Notes: a model not told the origin generated them from the letters alone. Counted from the first letter of the stretch, positions 1 to 10,931 are shown. The stretch is 54,062 nucleotides of DNA from an uncultured Porticoccaceae bacterium (GCA_964462265.1 CAYWXW010000003.1:2868-56929); one strand, 5' to 3'. Made by a program: numbers and translations.

Positions 1-812
1 TCATTATCTTTGTCATCATCTTCATTATCTTTGTCATCATCAACTGATTCTTTAGTTGATAAAGGTGTTTTCTTTTTATCTGGATTATCACTTACTGTGT
101 CCTCATCACCTGTTACTGGTTTTACTTTTCCATTTAAAGGTTCAGCATATGTTTCAGGGTCAGTATGTTCTTTATCTTTTTTAGCTCTATTAAAGCCTTC
201 CATAATACCTTTACCATAATCTGTTTCCAGCTCTTCTTTTGTTAAAACAGGTGCGTCTGGAAATGCTTTTTGACCAACCTGTAAACCATCATCAAAGGTT
301 TGACCTGTTACTGCTCCACCTAAATAAAGCTGTGCTTTGCCTTCAAGCCATGATTTAAAATCACCCATAGTATGACCCTCAGAGCCATTAACTATAAATG
401 TATCAAGTCTTTCCTCATCATATTGACGTATTGTTACAACATATGCGTCATCACCAAAATTAGAATCTAATATCTGATAATCAAATTCAGAATTTTTTTC
501 TTTTAATGGTTTAAGTAGATTCAAAATAGCAACATGAGTAGCAGATGCGCCTTCTGGATCAGCTGTATTTGAAACCTCTCCTACTTCTTCTCCTTCTTCA
601 AGTACCATACCTTCATTAACTTTTTCAACCATTGCTTCACAAAAAGCAATGTAAGATTCTTCATTAATCTCAGTAAGATTTTCTTCAACAAAACTTAAAA
701 TAGCTTCTGGATTTTTATTCTCGATTGATTCAAGAAGTTTATCCTTAAATAGAGAATGCTGTTCTACAGTAAATTTTGCATCTTCTAAGATCTTTTTAAT
801 TGTAATTTTCAT
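1..812 (-). CDS. prohead scaffold/core protein (T4 gp22-like); C-terminal end lies beyond window edge
   Basis: Absent from the ORF track because no stop lies inside the window. ATG at 812-810 (MKITIKKILEDAKF...) has AAGGAG 8 nt upstream. I checked the frame codon by codon over positions 3-239 and read the rest through by eye, finding no in-frame stop. The protein is very acidic, and the gene sits directly downstream of the gp21-like protease, as gene 22 does in T4. Confidence 0.5.
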   Translation of the reverse strand, partial: MKITIKKILEDAKFTVEQHSLFKDKLLESIENKNPEAILSFVEENLTEINEESYIAFCEAMVEKVNEGMVLEEGEEVGEVSNTADPEGASATHVAILNLLKPLKEKNSEFDYQILDSNFGDDAYVVTIRQYDEERLDTFIVNGSEGHTMGDFKSWLEGKAQLYLGGAVTGQTFDDGLQVGQKAFPDAPVLTKEELETDYGKGIMEGFNRAKKDKEHTDPETYAEPLNGKVKPVTGDEDTVSDNPDKKKTPLSTKESVDDDKDNEDDDKDN

Positions 813-824
813 CTTTCGATCTCC

Positions 825-1541
825 TTAGATTTTCATTTTAAGTATATCATCATATATTTTATTTATAACGTCTTTTAACCCATTCTTTGGAGTTCTATGT
901 AATAAATATTTTGATTCTTCAATTATTTGAGTTGCATATACTGACTGCATTAAATCAACACTCTCAAAAATCATATTCATGACATCTTCTTTAATATATG
1001 TTGGTATTGCAGATGGTGCAGAATTATTCCAAACAACGTCTGCTGGTGTAATTAATTTTAAATCTTCTACAATAACCATATCTTTTGTTTTAAGAAGTTT
1101 ACCTGCGGCACGACTTGATGTTGCTATCTGTATACCATGATCCATATGACCAATAACCAATAAACCTAAACCATATGGTAAAACCTGTGATTTATGTCTG
1201 AAATCGTTTGTCTCACCAATTCTTTCATACTCAAGAATTTTTATAGCAATTCTCTCAGGATTTATTGATAATTCACCACTATGATTTAATTCTCCTACAG
1301 CTCTACCATTTTGAATTTCTGTTTGATATGACTCAGCTTCTCTTATCATTGGATCGAGCTTATAAAATCTCTTATTACGATTTAAAAATTCAGCCTGAGT
1401 AGCAACCCCCTCAAGTATATATTTCTTACCGTCATCATCATTTTCAATCTTTGTTTCAGTTATTTTAGATTCTTCTGTACAGACCCAAACATCACTGTTA
1501 TCTATTTTTTTAGCATTGGTATTTTCCATAATACACCCCAT
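825..1541 (-). CDS. gp21: prohead core protease (T4 gp21 family)
   Basis: Blocks QAEFLNRNKRFY, GELNHS, ATSSRAAG and DVVWNNSAPSA are collinear with T4 gp21 as I recall it. A TAATG stop/start overlap joins it to the portal gene. An alternative start is ATG 1529, behind GGGGTG. Confidence 0.9.
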   Translation of the reverse strand: MGCIMENTNAKKIDNSDVWVCTEESKITETKIENDDDGKKYILEGVATQAEFLNRNKRFYKLDPMIREAESYQTEIQNGRAVGELNHSGELSINPERIAIKILEYERIGETNDFRHKSQVLPYGLGLLVIGHMDHGIQIATSSRAAGKLLKTKDMVIVEDLKLITPADVVWNNSAPSAIPTYIKEDVMNMIFESVDLMQSVYATQIIEESKYLLHRTPKNGLKDVINKIYDDILKMKI

Positions 1542-3058
1542 TAATATTTAATATCTTCATTATAATCATCTTTTGGTATAAGCCCCAATTTAATCTTTAA
1601 ATGTCTCTCATTTGCAAGACGTATAAGATTTGATTTACGTTCCTCTTTTATTTTTATAACCTCATCAGGTGTCATATTAAAAACAGTTTCATAAAACCAA
1701 TCAAGACTCTGATAACCATCCTCGACAATCTCTTTAGCTTGTGGATATTTATCAAAAATACCCATTAGCTCCTGATATTTTTTATGTTCTTCATATTTAT
1801 TGTCATTATTATAATCATATTGAATTAATGGTACCAAACGCTTCCAATCTTCAATACCAATTTTATTCTGAGCTATTAGATCAACTTTCATTAATCCATT
1901 AAATATTGGTCGTATTGATCTTTTTCTTTCTTTTTTAATAAATTTAAAAAAGTCTAATTCTTCTCTATCAATTTCATCTTTACGACTTGAGAAATTAAAA
2001 GCCTTTTGTTCCTCAAATCTTGAAACAGGTACATTTAAACTACGTATACCTTTTCTTTCAAAATAACTAATGTCGGATATATCTGACATTGGAGCTGATC
2101 CTCTTAATATATCAACCTCATGACCTTCGCCCTGTTGTTTTGAAAACCAAAAATTCTCCATTAATGCTAATGATGATGTATCACCTCTAATTTCACCAGT
2201 TGTACCATCTATATAAAATCTATTACGATATTGTCGCATTAGATTACGCATATATTGTTCACCCATATTTTTATCAAGATTTTTTGTATCTATTTTAAAT
2301 ACAAATCTCTCTGGGCTTCTGGACATACGTGATATAACTAAACTATTTTCCATCATTTTAAGAGATGATATTGGTCTTATTGCTTTATTTAAAGGACCTA
2401 TTATTAATCCTTCTTTACCAATCATACCACTATCAATAAAAAGAACAAACTCAACTGGTATATCTACGAATTTTTCAGCTTTTTCTCTAACGTCATGCTT
2501 CTTAAAAGTATATCTATAGTAAAGTAAACCATCTTCTTTTTTAATTTTCTTAATACGTAAAGGATCTAACCAATATACATTTTTAAGACCAACACCAATT
2601 TCAAAATCCATATACAAATATAATCTTGCGTCAACATACCATCTTCTAAATAACATTTCACCTTCAACTGAAAAATTTAGAATGTTATATACACGATCAA
2701 ATGAAGCTAATGTCTCATCTCTCAAATAACTTAAAACATAATCTTCAATAATATTTGATTCTTTTTTAATCTTTATTTTTACTGGTTCATCCTCATCCGA
2801 AACTATAGCTTCATTTGTGATAATATCTATTGCATGCTCAACCTCTGTAATCTCTGCATATTCTCGATATTTATTAATTAATTCTTTACTATTATGTAGA
2901 TTTTTTTCATGTACACCATTAGAAAAAAAAGAGAAAAAATTAGCTCCATTATCAAGTATATATTCTTTATTCTGTTCATCTTTTAACATTCTCTCAACAG
3001 AATGCCTAAATGTTAGATAACTCCCTGATCTAACATCTCTTGATCTTCTTGATACCAT
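1541..3058 (-). CDS. gp20: portal vertex protein (T4 gp20 family)
   Basis: 505 aa. FRRWYVDARLY, ISRMSRSPERFVFKIDT, ENFWFSKQQGEGHEVD and NVPVSRF match the order of blocks in T4 gp20. The portal-protease-scaffold gene order is the same as in T4. Confidence 0.93.
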   Translation of the reverse strand: MVSRRSRDVRSGSYLTFRHSVERMLKDEQNKEYILDNGANFFSFFSNGVHEKNLHNSKELINKYREYAEITEVEHAIDIITNEAIVSDEDEPVKIKIKKESNIIEDYVLSYLRDETLASFDRVYNILNFSVEGEMLFRRWYVDARLYLYMDFEIGVGLKNVYWLDPLRIKKIKKEDGLLYYRYTFKKHDVREKAEKFVDIPVEFVLFIDSGMIGKEGLIIGPLNKAIRPISSLKMMENSLVISRMSRSPERFVFKIDTKNLDKNMGEQYMRNLMRQYRNRFYIDGTTGEIRGDTSSLALMENFWFSKQQGEGHEVDILRGSAPMSDISDISYFERKGIRSLNVPVSRFEEQKAFNFSSRKDEIDREELDFFKFIKKERKRSIRPIFNGLMKVDLIAQNKIGIEDWKRLVPLIQYDYNNDNKYEEHKKYQELMGIFDKYPQAKEIVEDGYQSLDWFYETVFNMTPDEVIKIKEERKSNLIRLANERHLKIKLGLIPKDDYNEDIKY

Positions 3059-3089
3059 ATTTTAACCTATTAATAATTCATATCGATAT

Positions 3090-3097
3090 TATTTATA
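3090..3097 (-). promoter_or_regulatory. T4-type late promoter TATAAATA upstream of portal gene
   Basis: Exact TATAAATA on the minus strand, 32 nt upstream of the portal ATG and just after the upstream stop codon. Confidence 0.6.
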
Positions 3098-3098
3098 T

Positions 3099-3794
3099 CT
3101 ATTTAAAACTCCAATCTGAATCAGCATATTTTATATAGTTTCTTTCAACCTCAGCATAAATCTCTTTAGCCGTTTTACGTTTAAATACAGGTGCAAATGT
3201 CATATTTAATTCTTGGTATTTATCTAATTCACCCATATTTAATTTAAATATACGACTGGCAATATGATTTGGTAAATATGATCTAACACATACTTTTAAA
3301 ACAGAGTTTTTATGAGATCCTAAAAACTGATTCATATAAGTTTCACCCCAACGTTGTAGTAATTTTTGATCAACTTCATCTAAATTAACTTCATGTTTGG
3401 TGTTTAAACTATAATATGTTCGAACTCTATTTTTTAGATATTTAATATAATTCTTAATAAAAATTTTTCTATTTGCTGGCTTTAAATAATGTAAATTAAA
3501 AGCAAAAATTCTACCTTTATCAAAAGTTATTGGTATATATAAAGGGAACTCATCATAAAAAGGTAATTTTTGAGGATCATCTTTATATTTAGGTATATAG
3601 ATATGTGCATATATATTTGCAATACTGAGTTTTTTTAGACCTCGACCCATAGGTGAAAATGATGTACGTGCAATCTTTATATCTTTTTTTAATTTTCGAT
3701 CACTACGTTTTTCAATATTACCTTTCGCATCTCTAACAATATCATGAAAAAGAGACCAAAAATATGATCGTGATTTATCACTACTATTTTTCAA
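3099..3794 (-). CDS. possible DNA end-protector protein (T4 gp2-like)
   Basis: LPFYDEFPLYIP...AFNLHYLKP resembles the gp2 family as I remember it. It is adjacent to a gp4 homologue, as genes 2 and 4 are in T4. This needs an HMM check. Confidence 0.45.
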   Translation of the reverse strand: MKNSSDKSRSYFWSLFHDIVRDAKGNIEKRSDRKLKKDIKIARTSFSPMGRGLKKLSIANIYAHIYIPKYKDDPQKLPFYDEFPLYIPITFDKGRIFAFNLHYLKPANRKIFIKNYIKYLKNRVRTYYSLNTKHEVNLDEVDQKLLQRWGETYMNQFLGSHKNSVLKVCVRSYLPNHIASRIFKLNMGELDKYQELNMTFAPVFKRKTAKEIYAEVERNYIKYADSDWSFK

Positions 3795-4263
3795 TTATAC
3801 CAACCTCTTTCAATGTATAATAATAAAATCTATTATCACTATAATCAACTAAATAAAAATACATGCCGTTATTTATAGCATATGTGTTCGCTGATAACCA
3901 TTTAGCTTTATTTAAATTATATACTAAAAGATCCTTCATAAAACCCTTTGGGCTATTAAATCTTTTTTGTTTATTAGGAGGGAACATTTGTTTTTTAGGT
4001 TTTATTTCAACTAACATTTTAAAAACCCCACCATCCTTTTTTTTATGTTTAACATAAAAATCAATTTTATACCTACGCACTTTTTTTGTAATGGGATCGT
4101 AATATCTAACCATTTTTCTTTCATAAGACCATTTTATAACATCAGGATTGTAATCACAAAAAACCATATAATTTAATTCCCATGATGATAGGAATCTCAA
4201 TTTAAAAGAAGCCCCATCATATTTTGAAATATTTTGTATGTTGTAAAATCCTTTTTTAGCCAT
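3784..4263 (-). CDS. gp4: head completion protein (T4 gp4 family)
   Basis: FLSSWELNYMVFCDYNPDVIKWSYE, YKIDFYV and VEIKPKKQ fit the gp4 head-completion signature. Confidence 0.75.
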   Translation of the reverse strand: MAKKGFYNIQNISKYDGASFKLRFLSSWELNYMVFCDYNPDVIKWSYERKMVRYYDPITKKVRRYKIDFYVKHKKKDGGVFKMLVEIKPKKQMFPPNKQKRFNSPKGFMKDLLVYNLNKAKWLSANTYAINNGMYFYLVDYSDNRFYYYTLKEVGIIEK

Positions 4264-4287
4264 ATATTTATTTATATGGATTATTTT

Positions 4288-4599
4288 TTAGATTATTTTA
4301 TATGATTGTTTATCAAAAGATTCAAAAAGATGATCATATTCCGTTGATCTATAACTATTTTTTTGAGCGAAATAAAATTCTTTAGCTTCCTCATTATTTA
4401 AAATTGAATTGACAGGGTAAAGATATAAATTACCTATCATTACACCAGAGTTAATAATATTTGGTAAATTTATATCAACAATATAATATTCTTTGTTTAG
4501 TAAATTACATTGGGCGACTATTTGTTTTGGAACCATATAAAGTCTATCATCAAGATCTTTTATAAAAACCTTTTGACCTATAACATATTTAAAATTCAT
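4288..4599 (-). CDS. hypothetical protein
   Basis: 103-aa ORF in the operon orientation. Its start overlaps the stop of the upstream gene by 4 nt. I recognise no motif. Confidence 0.55.
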   Translation of the reverse strand: MNFKYVIGQKVFIKDLDDRLYMVPKQIVAQCNLLNKEYYIVDINLPNIINSGVMIGNLYLYPVNSILNNEEAKEFYFAQKNSYRSTEYDHLFESFDKQSYKII

Positions 4600-5900
4600 A
4601 TTAGCTTACCTTTAAGGATTATTAATTCTTTTATATAAACCTGTTTAATATCTATGTTTTTATATTTTTTTATGAGATCAGCATTTTTTATAATCTTATT
4701 TTCTAATTCTGATATATGTTCATCAGTTAATCTATATATCGGTATATTTAAAAATGATTCAATGTAATCAGCATTATCAATAATATCTTTAAAATCTTTT
4801 TTCGTAACCTTTAATTTTAATTTGGATATTAATTTAATAGCTTTTTTAATAAATGTTATTTTTGACACTAAAAATAACACATCTTTTTGAAGATCTATTA
4901 TTAATTGCTTATATCTATTCTTATATATCGATAATCTATAATCTATGAAATCATCAATAATATCAAAAATATTTTCATAAACTTTTAATTTACCATCTTT
5001 TATGCAGGTTAGATTATAATTTACATATTGATATAATTTTAAAGTTTTTATGATATCGATATTTTCAATATTATTTTTAAATCTAATCTCAATATTGAAA
5101 TTATCACCCTGACTATTATCAATATAAGATGTAATTAGATCTTTATCCTCTAACTCATTTAATATTTTTATATATTTTGGTCTATCATATTGAGGTGGTA
5201 ATTCAATTATATTTATTTTTTGTTTACCTTTTATTTCAAATTTACCAGCAATATAAATTCGATTCAGATCAACTCTCTCTATATCAAGATTCATATTTCG
5301 CCAAAAAGGTAATATATCATTAGTTTTTTTACCTTTTAAATGACGTATAATATAATTAATCAAATCAAGTGGGTTATGAGGTGGTATATTCGTTGCGTGT
5401 CCAAGCCCTATACCACTTTTTTGATTTACTAATATCATTGGTATAATTGGGTAATAAAACTTTGGCTCCTTAGCCATTTGATCATCTGATGACTCATGCA
5501 AAAAATCATCCATAAAAATATAATCTGAAATTTTATTATATTTAATCTTAATATATCTTGCTGATGCTGATTCTCTAAATTGGCGATTACCAAAATTTCC
5601 ATAACCAATTAATAAATTTATATTATTATTGGATGCAATAAAATCAGTAGCCATATTTACGGCCGCATCAAAAGAAGATTTATCACCATGATGATAACCG
5701 CTTTCAGTTACACCACCAATTAATTTTAACATTGGTTGAAAATTATCTCTCATTTGTTTCTGAGCAACATAAAAAATCTTTCTTTGTACTGGTATCATAC
5801 CATCTTCGAATGATGGTATACCTCGATTATATAAAGTATAATAACCATGATTTCGATATTCCTTATCAACAAAATCAACAATATCAATTACTTCATTCAT
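4596..5900 (-). CDS. gp52: DNA topoisomerase II medium subunit (T4 gp52, GyrA-like cleavage domain)
   Basis: PVQRKIFY, GYHHGD and SASARYIKI (the catalytic Tyr context). 434 aa, against about 440 aa in T4. Confidence 0.85.
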   Translation of the reverse strand: MNEVIDIVDFVDKEYRNHGYYTLYNRGIPSFEDGMIPVQRKIFYVAQKQMRDNFQPMLKLIGGVTESGYHHGDKSSFDAAVNMATDFIASNNNINLLIGYGNFGNRQFRESASARYIKIKYNKISDYIFMDDFLHESSDDQMAKEPKFYYPIIPMILVNQKSGIGLGHATNIPPHNPLDLINYIIRHLKGKKTNDILPFWRNMNLDIERVDLNRIYIAGKFEIKGKQKINIIELPPQYDRPKYIKILNELEDKDLITSYIDNSQGDNFNIEIRFKNNIENIDIIKTLKLYQYVNYNLTCIKDGKLKVYENIFDIIDDFIDYRLSIYKNRYKQLIIDLQKDVLFLVSKITFIKKAIKLISKLKLKVTKKDFKDIIDNADYIESFLNIPIYRLTDEHISELENKIIKNADLIKKYKNIDIKQVYIKELIILKGKLI

Positions 5901-6289
5901 GATGATATAACCTCATAATCCTTTTCAGGTTCAGGTATAATTGCATCAAACACTTTTTTATAATCTTCAATTGTATTTGTACTGATGAACAAACGATAAG
6001 TTTTATCTAATTTTTCAAATGATGTTGGGTAATAAAAATCTAAAAATTTTAATAATTTTAAATTATTCTTATTTATATCATGCCTTATTCTCTGACCAGT
6101 TTTATCAAATGAAAAAGCCATTGACCGCAATGGTTCGATTATCGGTTCCTTACTAAAATCATCATAGAGTATCTTGTCAACAACAGCAAACACATCATGT
6201 AGCTTATCACCATCATGTAGACCTATTATATCAACTCCAAATTCAGTACTCCAACCAACCATTATACGCATTTTATCATAATCTGACAT
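5897..6289 (-). CDS. hypothetical protein
   Basis: 130-aa ORF packed between the polymerase and topoisomerase genes with an overlapping stop/start. Confidence 0.55.
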   Translation of the reverse strand: MSDYDKMRIMVGWSTEFGVDIIGLHDGDKLHDVFAVVDKILYDDFSKEPIIEPLRSMAFSFDKTGQRIRHDINKNNLKLLKFLDFYYPTSFEKLDKTYRLFISTNTIEDYKKVFDAIIPEPEKDYEVISS

Positions 6290-6292
6290 TTT

Positions 6293-9088
6293 TTATCTCC
6301 TTTTTGTTTTCCATGTACTTTTCCAATTTAAACCTAATTCTTTCATACAATCGAGCATTATTTTTGCAAAAATACGATTGAACTGAGCATTATAATCCAC
6401 ATATTTAATCAAATTAAATTCTTCATATAATTTCTCATCAAAAGCAATATATTTTATACCCACACTATTAGGCTCTTTAAGAAATATAAATTTTGCCTTT
6501 GAACCTTCTATGATTTTCTTATCTTCACCCAAATCATACTTATCAATTAAATTATTGTAAACTATAGCACCTTTGGCATTTTCATGTGTACCACCATCTT
6601 TACCTTGATTATAATTACGTAAATCCTTTTTCCAATTACTACGTTGTCGCTTTTTATCATTGATGTTTTTATCAATATAATTAACGTTCGATGATATAGC
6701 TATATCTCTATAATCATAAGTATTAAACTCTTTTTTAAAAGCCTTTAAAATCGAATAAAGTTCTCTACCACTTTTACGATCGAGTATCATTTTAATCATA
6801 TCTTTCATTTTTGGCTTAACACAATCAGGTATTGAACTCTTTACAATTGGAAACCCAACAATTTTAATCTTAGGCTCTTTATAGTATTTAATCTTTTCAT
6901 CAGAATAAATTCTCAAAGCATAGTATCTCTTATTTTGCCAAAATGATCTATCTGCAATAACCTCTCTACCCATATGCATTTTATTTTCAAAGGCATGACA
7001 TCTATCAGCCAAAACACTATAGCCACGACTTAGTTCCTTTGTAATAACATTATCAGCATAATCAAATAACCAATTAATAGTTTCCTCATGGGTCATATTT
7101 TTATATTTTTTATCTACAACAGGCGATAAACATAAATACATAGAGTCAGTTGATGAACCTACAACAAAATCATGATCTTTTATATCACATTCCTCATTCA
7201 AAAAATCATTAATCCAATTAATGATAAACCTAATTGAAAGCTGACCAGCAGATGTAATAGACTCACCTATGAAAGAATTATAATATCTAAAATTTTTCTC
7301 CAAGAAAGCACCATAAAATGAATTTAGAAAAATCTTTAAAACATATTGCTCATTGTTTAATATATCAGCTTCTATTTTCATTTTTTTAATCTTTTGTTTA
7401 TCTGTCTCATTTTGCATTAAGTTATAAAGCTCGTTAGCTTTCTTTTGAAAAACTTTACGATCTTTATATATACTTTCCATAATTATAGGTGCAATACCTC
7501 TAATATCTGATCTAAAAAACGATCCAGATGGTGTCATTATTAAATTATGTGACGCTATATAAGCATAATCAATCTTATTTTCTAGTGTAAGATCAACACC
7601 ATTAGAATGAGGGAATGGTTCAATATGATCTACTTTTTCTCTAGCCATCTCAGCATATTGTATTAATTTTTTATCTTTAATTTTCTCTAAAGGAATATAT
7701 GTCTCAGGACTAATGTTATATTGCATAATTAAATGAGGATAAAGAGAATTAAGGTCAAATGATGTAACCCAATCATATATATTTGGTATTGGTTGTTTAT
7801 TATAAGCACCCTCAATACTTCTTGGTTCAACATGTATAATTGGTGGTATAATTAGATTTAAGTTTTTAAGATAAACCGATAAATAACCATCCCATAAAAT
7901 CGTATTATGTTCAAACTGTTTAAATGGTAAAGAACATAAATGTACCATACCAAATGCAGTTGATATATAACTTAACTTTTTATCCATCAAATATAATAAA
8001 TCAGTATCTACAATATTATATTCAAAATATATTTGAGGTCGATTATGATAAAAATCCCAAAATGACTCCTCATGTTCAATTTTAGTATGACCTAGTTCTA
8101 ATTTAGCAACATCTTTTAACTTCCAACTTGGCTTCTCACCACGAGTATATTTTTTATATACGTTCATATAGTCAATAAGAGTTATACCAACAATATCATA
8201 TGATGGTACATAATTACCTCTCAAATCCTTATGTCTAGTTTTACGTATTGTTTTAAATGGTGATAACTCTTTTAGTTTGTCTTCACTAAATAACTTAATG
8301 ATGCGATTAAAAATATAAGGCATATCATATAGTTCACTATTATAACCAACAAAGGTATCAATATTTGTCTCAGAAACCCATTTAATAAAGGAATTTAATA
8401 ATTCTCTCTCATCAACAAATTCTTCATATATTATATTTTTGGTGTATGCTAAATAATCGAGCATATCTTTATAGTATTTTGTTTTTTCTTTATCTTTTTT
8501 AAACTCTTTTATTTTTTCTTTAATATGTAATTTAGTCTCTTTAAATTTTTTAAACTCTGACATCTCAGGATATCGATTTAAAAACATCTTAAATTTACGA
8601 AATATTTGTCTTTGTTTTTTATACTTATGCATACTATCCGTACGCAAGCCCCAAAGCCTTGTTTCCCTATCAGTTGATCTAACAACACATATAGCAGTAA
8701 TTGGGTATTTAACATTAATTGCGTCTGGGAATTCTTTAAATGATAAAACCTCAATATCTATAAAATAATGACTTAACAAAGCAAAATTCTTATTCAAAGA
8801 TAGTTTTTTACGTTGTATATATTGATTTACTATAGCTTGAGATCCTAGATGACCATAAACTCTATTCTCTCCGATCTCTTTAATGTAATCCTTATAATCA
8901 TAAATATTATTAAATTTTACTTTCTTTAGATTTTCATCAGTTATAAATCCTTTAAATTTAGACACACCTTGATCTTTAATATATAAAGATGGTTTAAATT
9001 TTGTATCTTTTATAAGCGTATATTTACCATCTTCATCATATTTTTTACAAAATACATTATTACCAATATTTCTAATATATGAGTACAT
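6293..9088 (-). CDS. gp43: family B DNA polymerase (T4 gp43-like)
   Basis: Exo I FIDIEV, Exo II YNSELYDMPYI, motif A SFDLNSLYPH, motif B KIFLNSFYGA, motif C SSTDSMY. Confidence 0.95.
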   Translation of the reverse strand: MYSYIRNIGNNVFCKKYDEDGKYTLIKDTKFKPSLYIKDQGVSKFKGFITDENLKKVKFNNIYDYKDYIKEIGENRVYGHLGSQAIVNQYIQRKKLSLNKNFALLSHYFIDIEVLSFKEFPDAINVKYPITAICVVRSTDRETRLWGLRTDSMHKYKKQRQIFRKFKMFLNRYPEMSEFKKFKETKLHIKEKIKEFKKDKEKTKYYKDMLDYLAYTKNIIYEEFVDERELLNSFIKWVSETNIDTFVGYNSELYDMPYIFNRIIKLFSEDKLKELSPFKTIRKTRHKDLRGNYVPSYDIVGITLIDYMNVYKKYTRGEKPSWKLKDVAKLELGHTKIEHEESFWDFYHNRPQIYFEYNIVDTDLLYLMDKKLSYISTAFGMVHLCSLPFKQFEHNTILWDGYLSVYLKNLNLIIPPIIHVEPRSIEGAYNKQPIPNIYDWVTSFDLNSLYPHLIMQYNISPETYIPLEKIKDKKLIQYAEMAREKVDHIEPFPHSNGVDLTLENKIDYAYIASHNLIMTPSGSFFRSDIRGIAPIIMESIYKDRKVFQKKANELYNLMQNETDKQKIKKMKIEADILNNEQYVLKIFLNSFYGAFLEKNFRYYNSFIGESITSAGQLSIRFIINWINDFLNEECDIKDHDFVVGSSTDSMYLCLSPVVDKKYKNMTHEETINWLFDYADNVITKELSRGYSVLADRCHAFENKMHMGREVIADRSFWQNKRYYALRIYSDEKIKYYKEPKIKIVGFPIVKSSIPDCVKPKMKDMIKMILDRKSGRELYSILKAFKKEFNTYDYRDIAISSNVNYIDKNINDKKRQRSNWKKDLRNYNQGKDGGTHENAKGAIVYNNLIDKYDLGEDKKIIEGSKAKFIFLKEPNSVGIKYIAFDEKLYEEFNLIKYVDYNAQFNRIFAKIMLDCMKELGLNWKSTWKTKRR

Positions 9089-9795
9089 TATTTTTTAACC
9101 TTATTTTCTTTAATTTTATAATTATTTAACCAAGCTTGCACCATATCATCACCACCAATTAATTGCCTTATATCTATTTCCTCAGATATTTCAGATAATG
9201 ATTTTTTTGCATATTTTTGCATATTAACAATACGTGGATCATTGCGATCAATTGTTTCTTTGCAATGTATATATGGATGATATAATTTGGTTTGAGTAAT
9301 CTCAGACTCAATCATTTTTAAAATTGATATTGGTTTAACTTTACGAGCAAAAACCAAACTAGCATATAAAGCCAAACGTTCCGTTTTTGGAGACATGCCC
9401 AAATAATTAATTAATGGAAATAAAACACCATTATTATTTATTTTACAATATCGAAGTGAGAATTTTTCATTTTTAGTTATCTCAACAACATGTTCAATCT
9501 TTGATAAATCATAACCTTTGGTTTTATATTTACTTAAATCAACTTTACGATCTTTTAGATCATTTAAAGCTTCCTCAAAAGTTACATAACCAGTTGTTAT
9601 ATAGTATTTTGCTTTGTTTGTTTTCTTATTAACCGACTTAGAAAAAATACCATAAAAATTTACACCATTATCTATTATCTTACTATATTTACGTAATTGT
9701 AATAAAACAAGTAATTCAAAAGGTGATATTGTATACTCTTTTAATTCAAAATTAGGTAATAAAGTATTACCTCGAAAATCTCTAACTTTGCGCAT
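9088..9795 (-). CDS. hypothetical protein
   Basis: The track start at 9855 is a TTG inside the gap after the primase gene. ATG 9795 (MRKVRDF...) has AAGAGG upstream and is preceded by the TTTGTTGTTAAGA motif. Confidence 0.6.
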   Translation of the reverse strand: MRKVRDFRGNTLLPNFELKEYTISPFELLVLLQLRKYSKIIDNGVNFYGIFSKSVNKKTNKAKYYITTGYVTFEEALNDLKDRKVDLSKYKTKGYDLSKIEHVVEITKNEKFSLRYCKINNNGVLFPLINYLGMSPKTERLALYASLVFARKVKPISILKMIESEITQTKLYHPYIHCKETIDRNDPRIVNMQKYAKKSLSEISEEIDIRQLIGGDDMVQAWLNNYKIKENKVKK

Positions 9796-9806
9796 AAAAA
9801 TGTACC

Positions 9807-9819
9807 TCTTAACAACAAA
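9807..9819 (-). promoter_or_regulatory. copy of recurrent motif TTTGTTGTTAAGA
   Basis: Exact 13-mer in gene-sense orientation, 11 nt upstream of ATG 9795. See the motif finding. Confidence 0.5.
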
Positions 9820-9851
9820 TAAACTCTTTATATTATATTTATAATTTAAAA

Positions 9852-10931
9852 TCAAACATAATATGATCTTTCTTTAAAAACTCTCACTCGATTATTGAGT
9901 TCAAAAATAGCATTAAAACCATAATATGTATTTCTTTCAAAATATGATATAAAATCATCATCATTCCAACCTTTTTGTTTTAAATCATTTATATCTTTTT
10001 CTTTCATTTCAACATCCCATATCATTAAACCAAAACCCATATCTATTACCTTTAATGCGCTTTCATATAAGTTCTTATTATCATATTCATTATCAAAAAC
10101 ATATATTATATTTCTTAAATTAATATTTTTTGGAATATTTTCAAATTTTAAATTCAAAGATAACATAGCCAAAATTTGTCTATCTTTTGAGAAAGATAAT
10201 TTGTCATATATACCTTCCAATATATAAACCTTTTTATTAAAATCTACTTTATTTATTCCTAAAAATTCAATAGTGATATCATCAACTGTTAAATTAAAAA
10301 ATCTTTGATATGATGTAGAATCTAAATTTCTAATTGCGAATCCATATAATAAATTCTCATGATTATAAAATGGGTAAAGTAAACCCTCAATATTTACTGA
10401 TTTATCTATATATTTTTTACTCTTAAAGATCTTTTTAAAAAAAGCATATGGATCACCACTAAAATAATAAATTTTTTTCCAGTGCCTTTTTGGTATTTGC
10501 CTTTTAGATAAATATAGTGCTGGTATACTATTTTCCATATAATCAGAAACAGGATGTAAATAATCAGTAATTTTCTTTATTTTTATTTTCTTTTTTATAG
10601 GTAATGTTATTTTTTTACTTCTTTTATTACCACCTTTAATAACCTCATTAAAATTAGAATCTTTAATTTCTTTTAATAACTCATAATACATAGACTCGTT
10701 TAATGTTTTAATAAACTGAGGGAAACTTAATTTAGTACCACATTTATGACAATAAAATTTTGGATAATCACTATCAACAGCTAATATATAAGCACGACCA
10801 TTTGATTTATGACTCTGAAGATCACCACACCCAACTAATGGACATTTAAAATAAAAATGATTTCTTGTCTTTTTAAATCGTTTAAGATTTAAACGATCTA
10901 GGTATTTCAAAACAATATATCTATTCATCAA
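9852..10931 (-). CDS. gp61: DNA primase (T4 gp61-like)
   Basis: N-terminal zinc finger CPLVGCGD...CHKCG. TOPRIM-like EGIYD and VFDNEYDN. 359 aa, against about 340 aa in T4. Confidence 0.8.
   Translation of the reverse strand: MMNRYIVLKYLDRLNLKRFKKTRNHFYFKCPLVGCGDLQSHKSNGRAYILAVDSDYPKFYCHKCGTKLSFPQFIKTLNESMYYELLKEIKDSNFNEVIKGGNKRSKKITLPIKKKIKIKKITDYLHPVSDYMENSIPALYLSKRQIPKRHWKKIYYFSGDPYAFFKKIFKSKKYIDKSVNIEGLLYPFYNHENLLYGFAIRNLDSTSYQRFFNLTVDDITIEFLGINKVDFNKKVYILEGIYDKLSFSKDRQILAMLSLNLKFENIPKNINLRNIIYVFDNEYDNKNLYESALKVIDMGFGLMIWDVEMKEKDINDLKQKGWNDDDFISYFERNTYYGFNAIFELNNRVRVFKERSYYV

Noticed and set aside
10-219. 69-aa plus-strand ORF from the track
   Set aside because: It is antisense to the scaffold-like gene, which is open across the whole region. 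It has a low-complexity S/L-rich translation and no SD.
2817-4057. Plus-strand ORFs at 2817-3020 and 3863-4057
   Set aside because: They are antisense to the portal and gp4 genes and have hydrophobic low-complexity translations.
4269-4276. TATAAATA upstream of the gp4 gene as a late promoter
   Set aside because: It ends only 5 nt before the ATG. A transcript from it would lack a leader and an SD, so it may be a chance match in AT-rich DNA.
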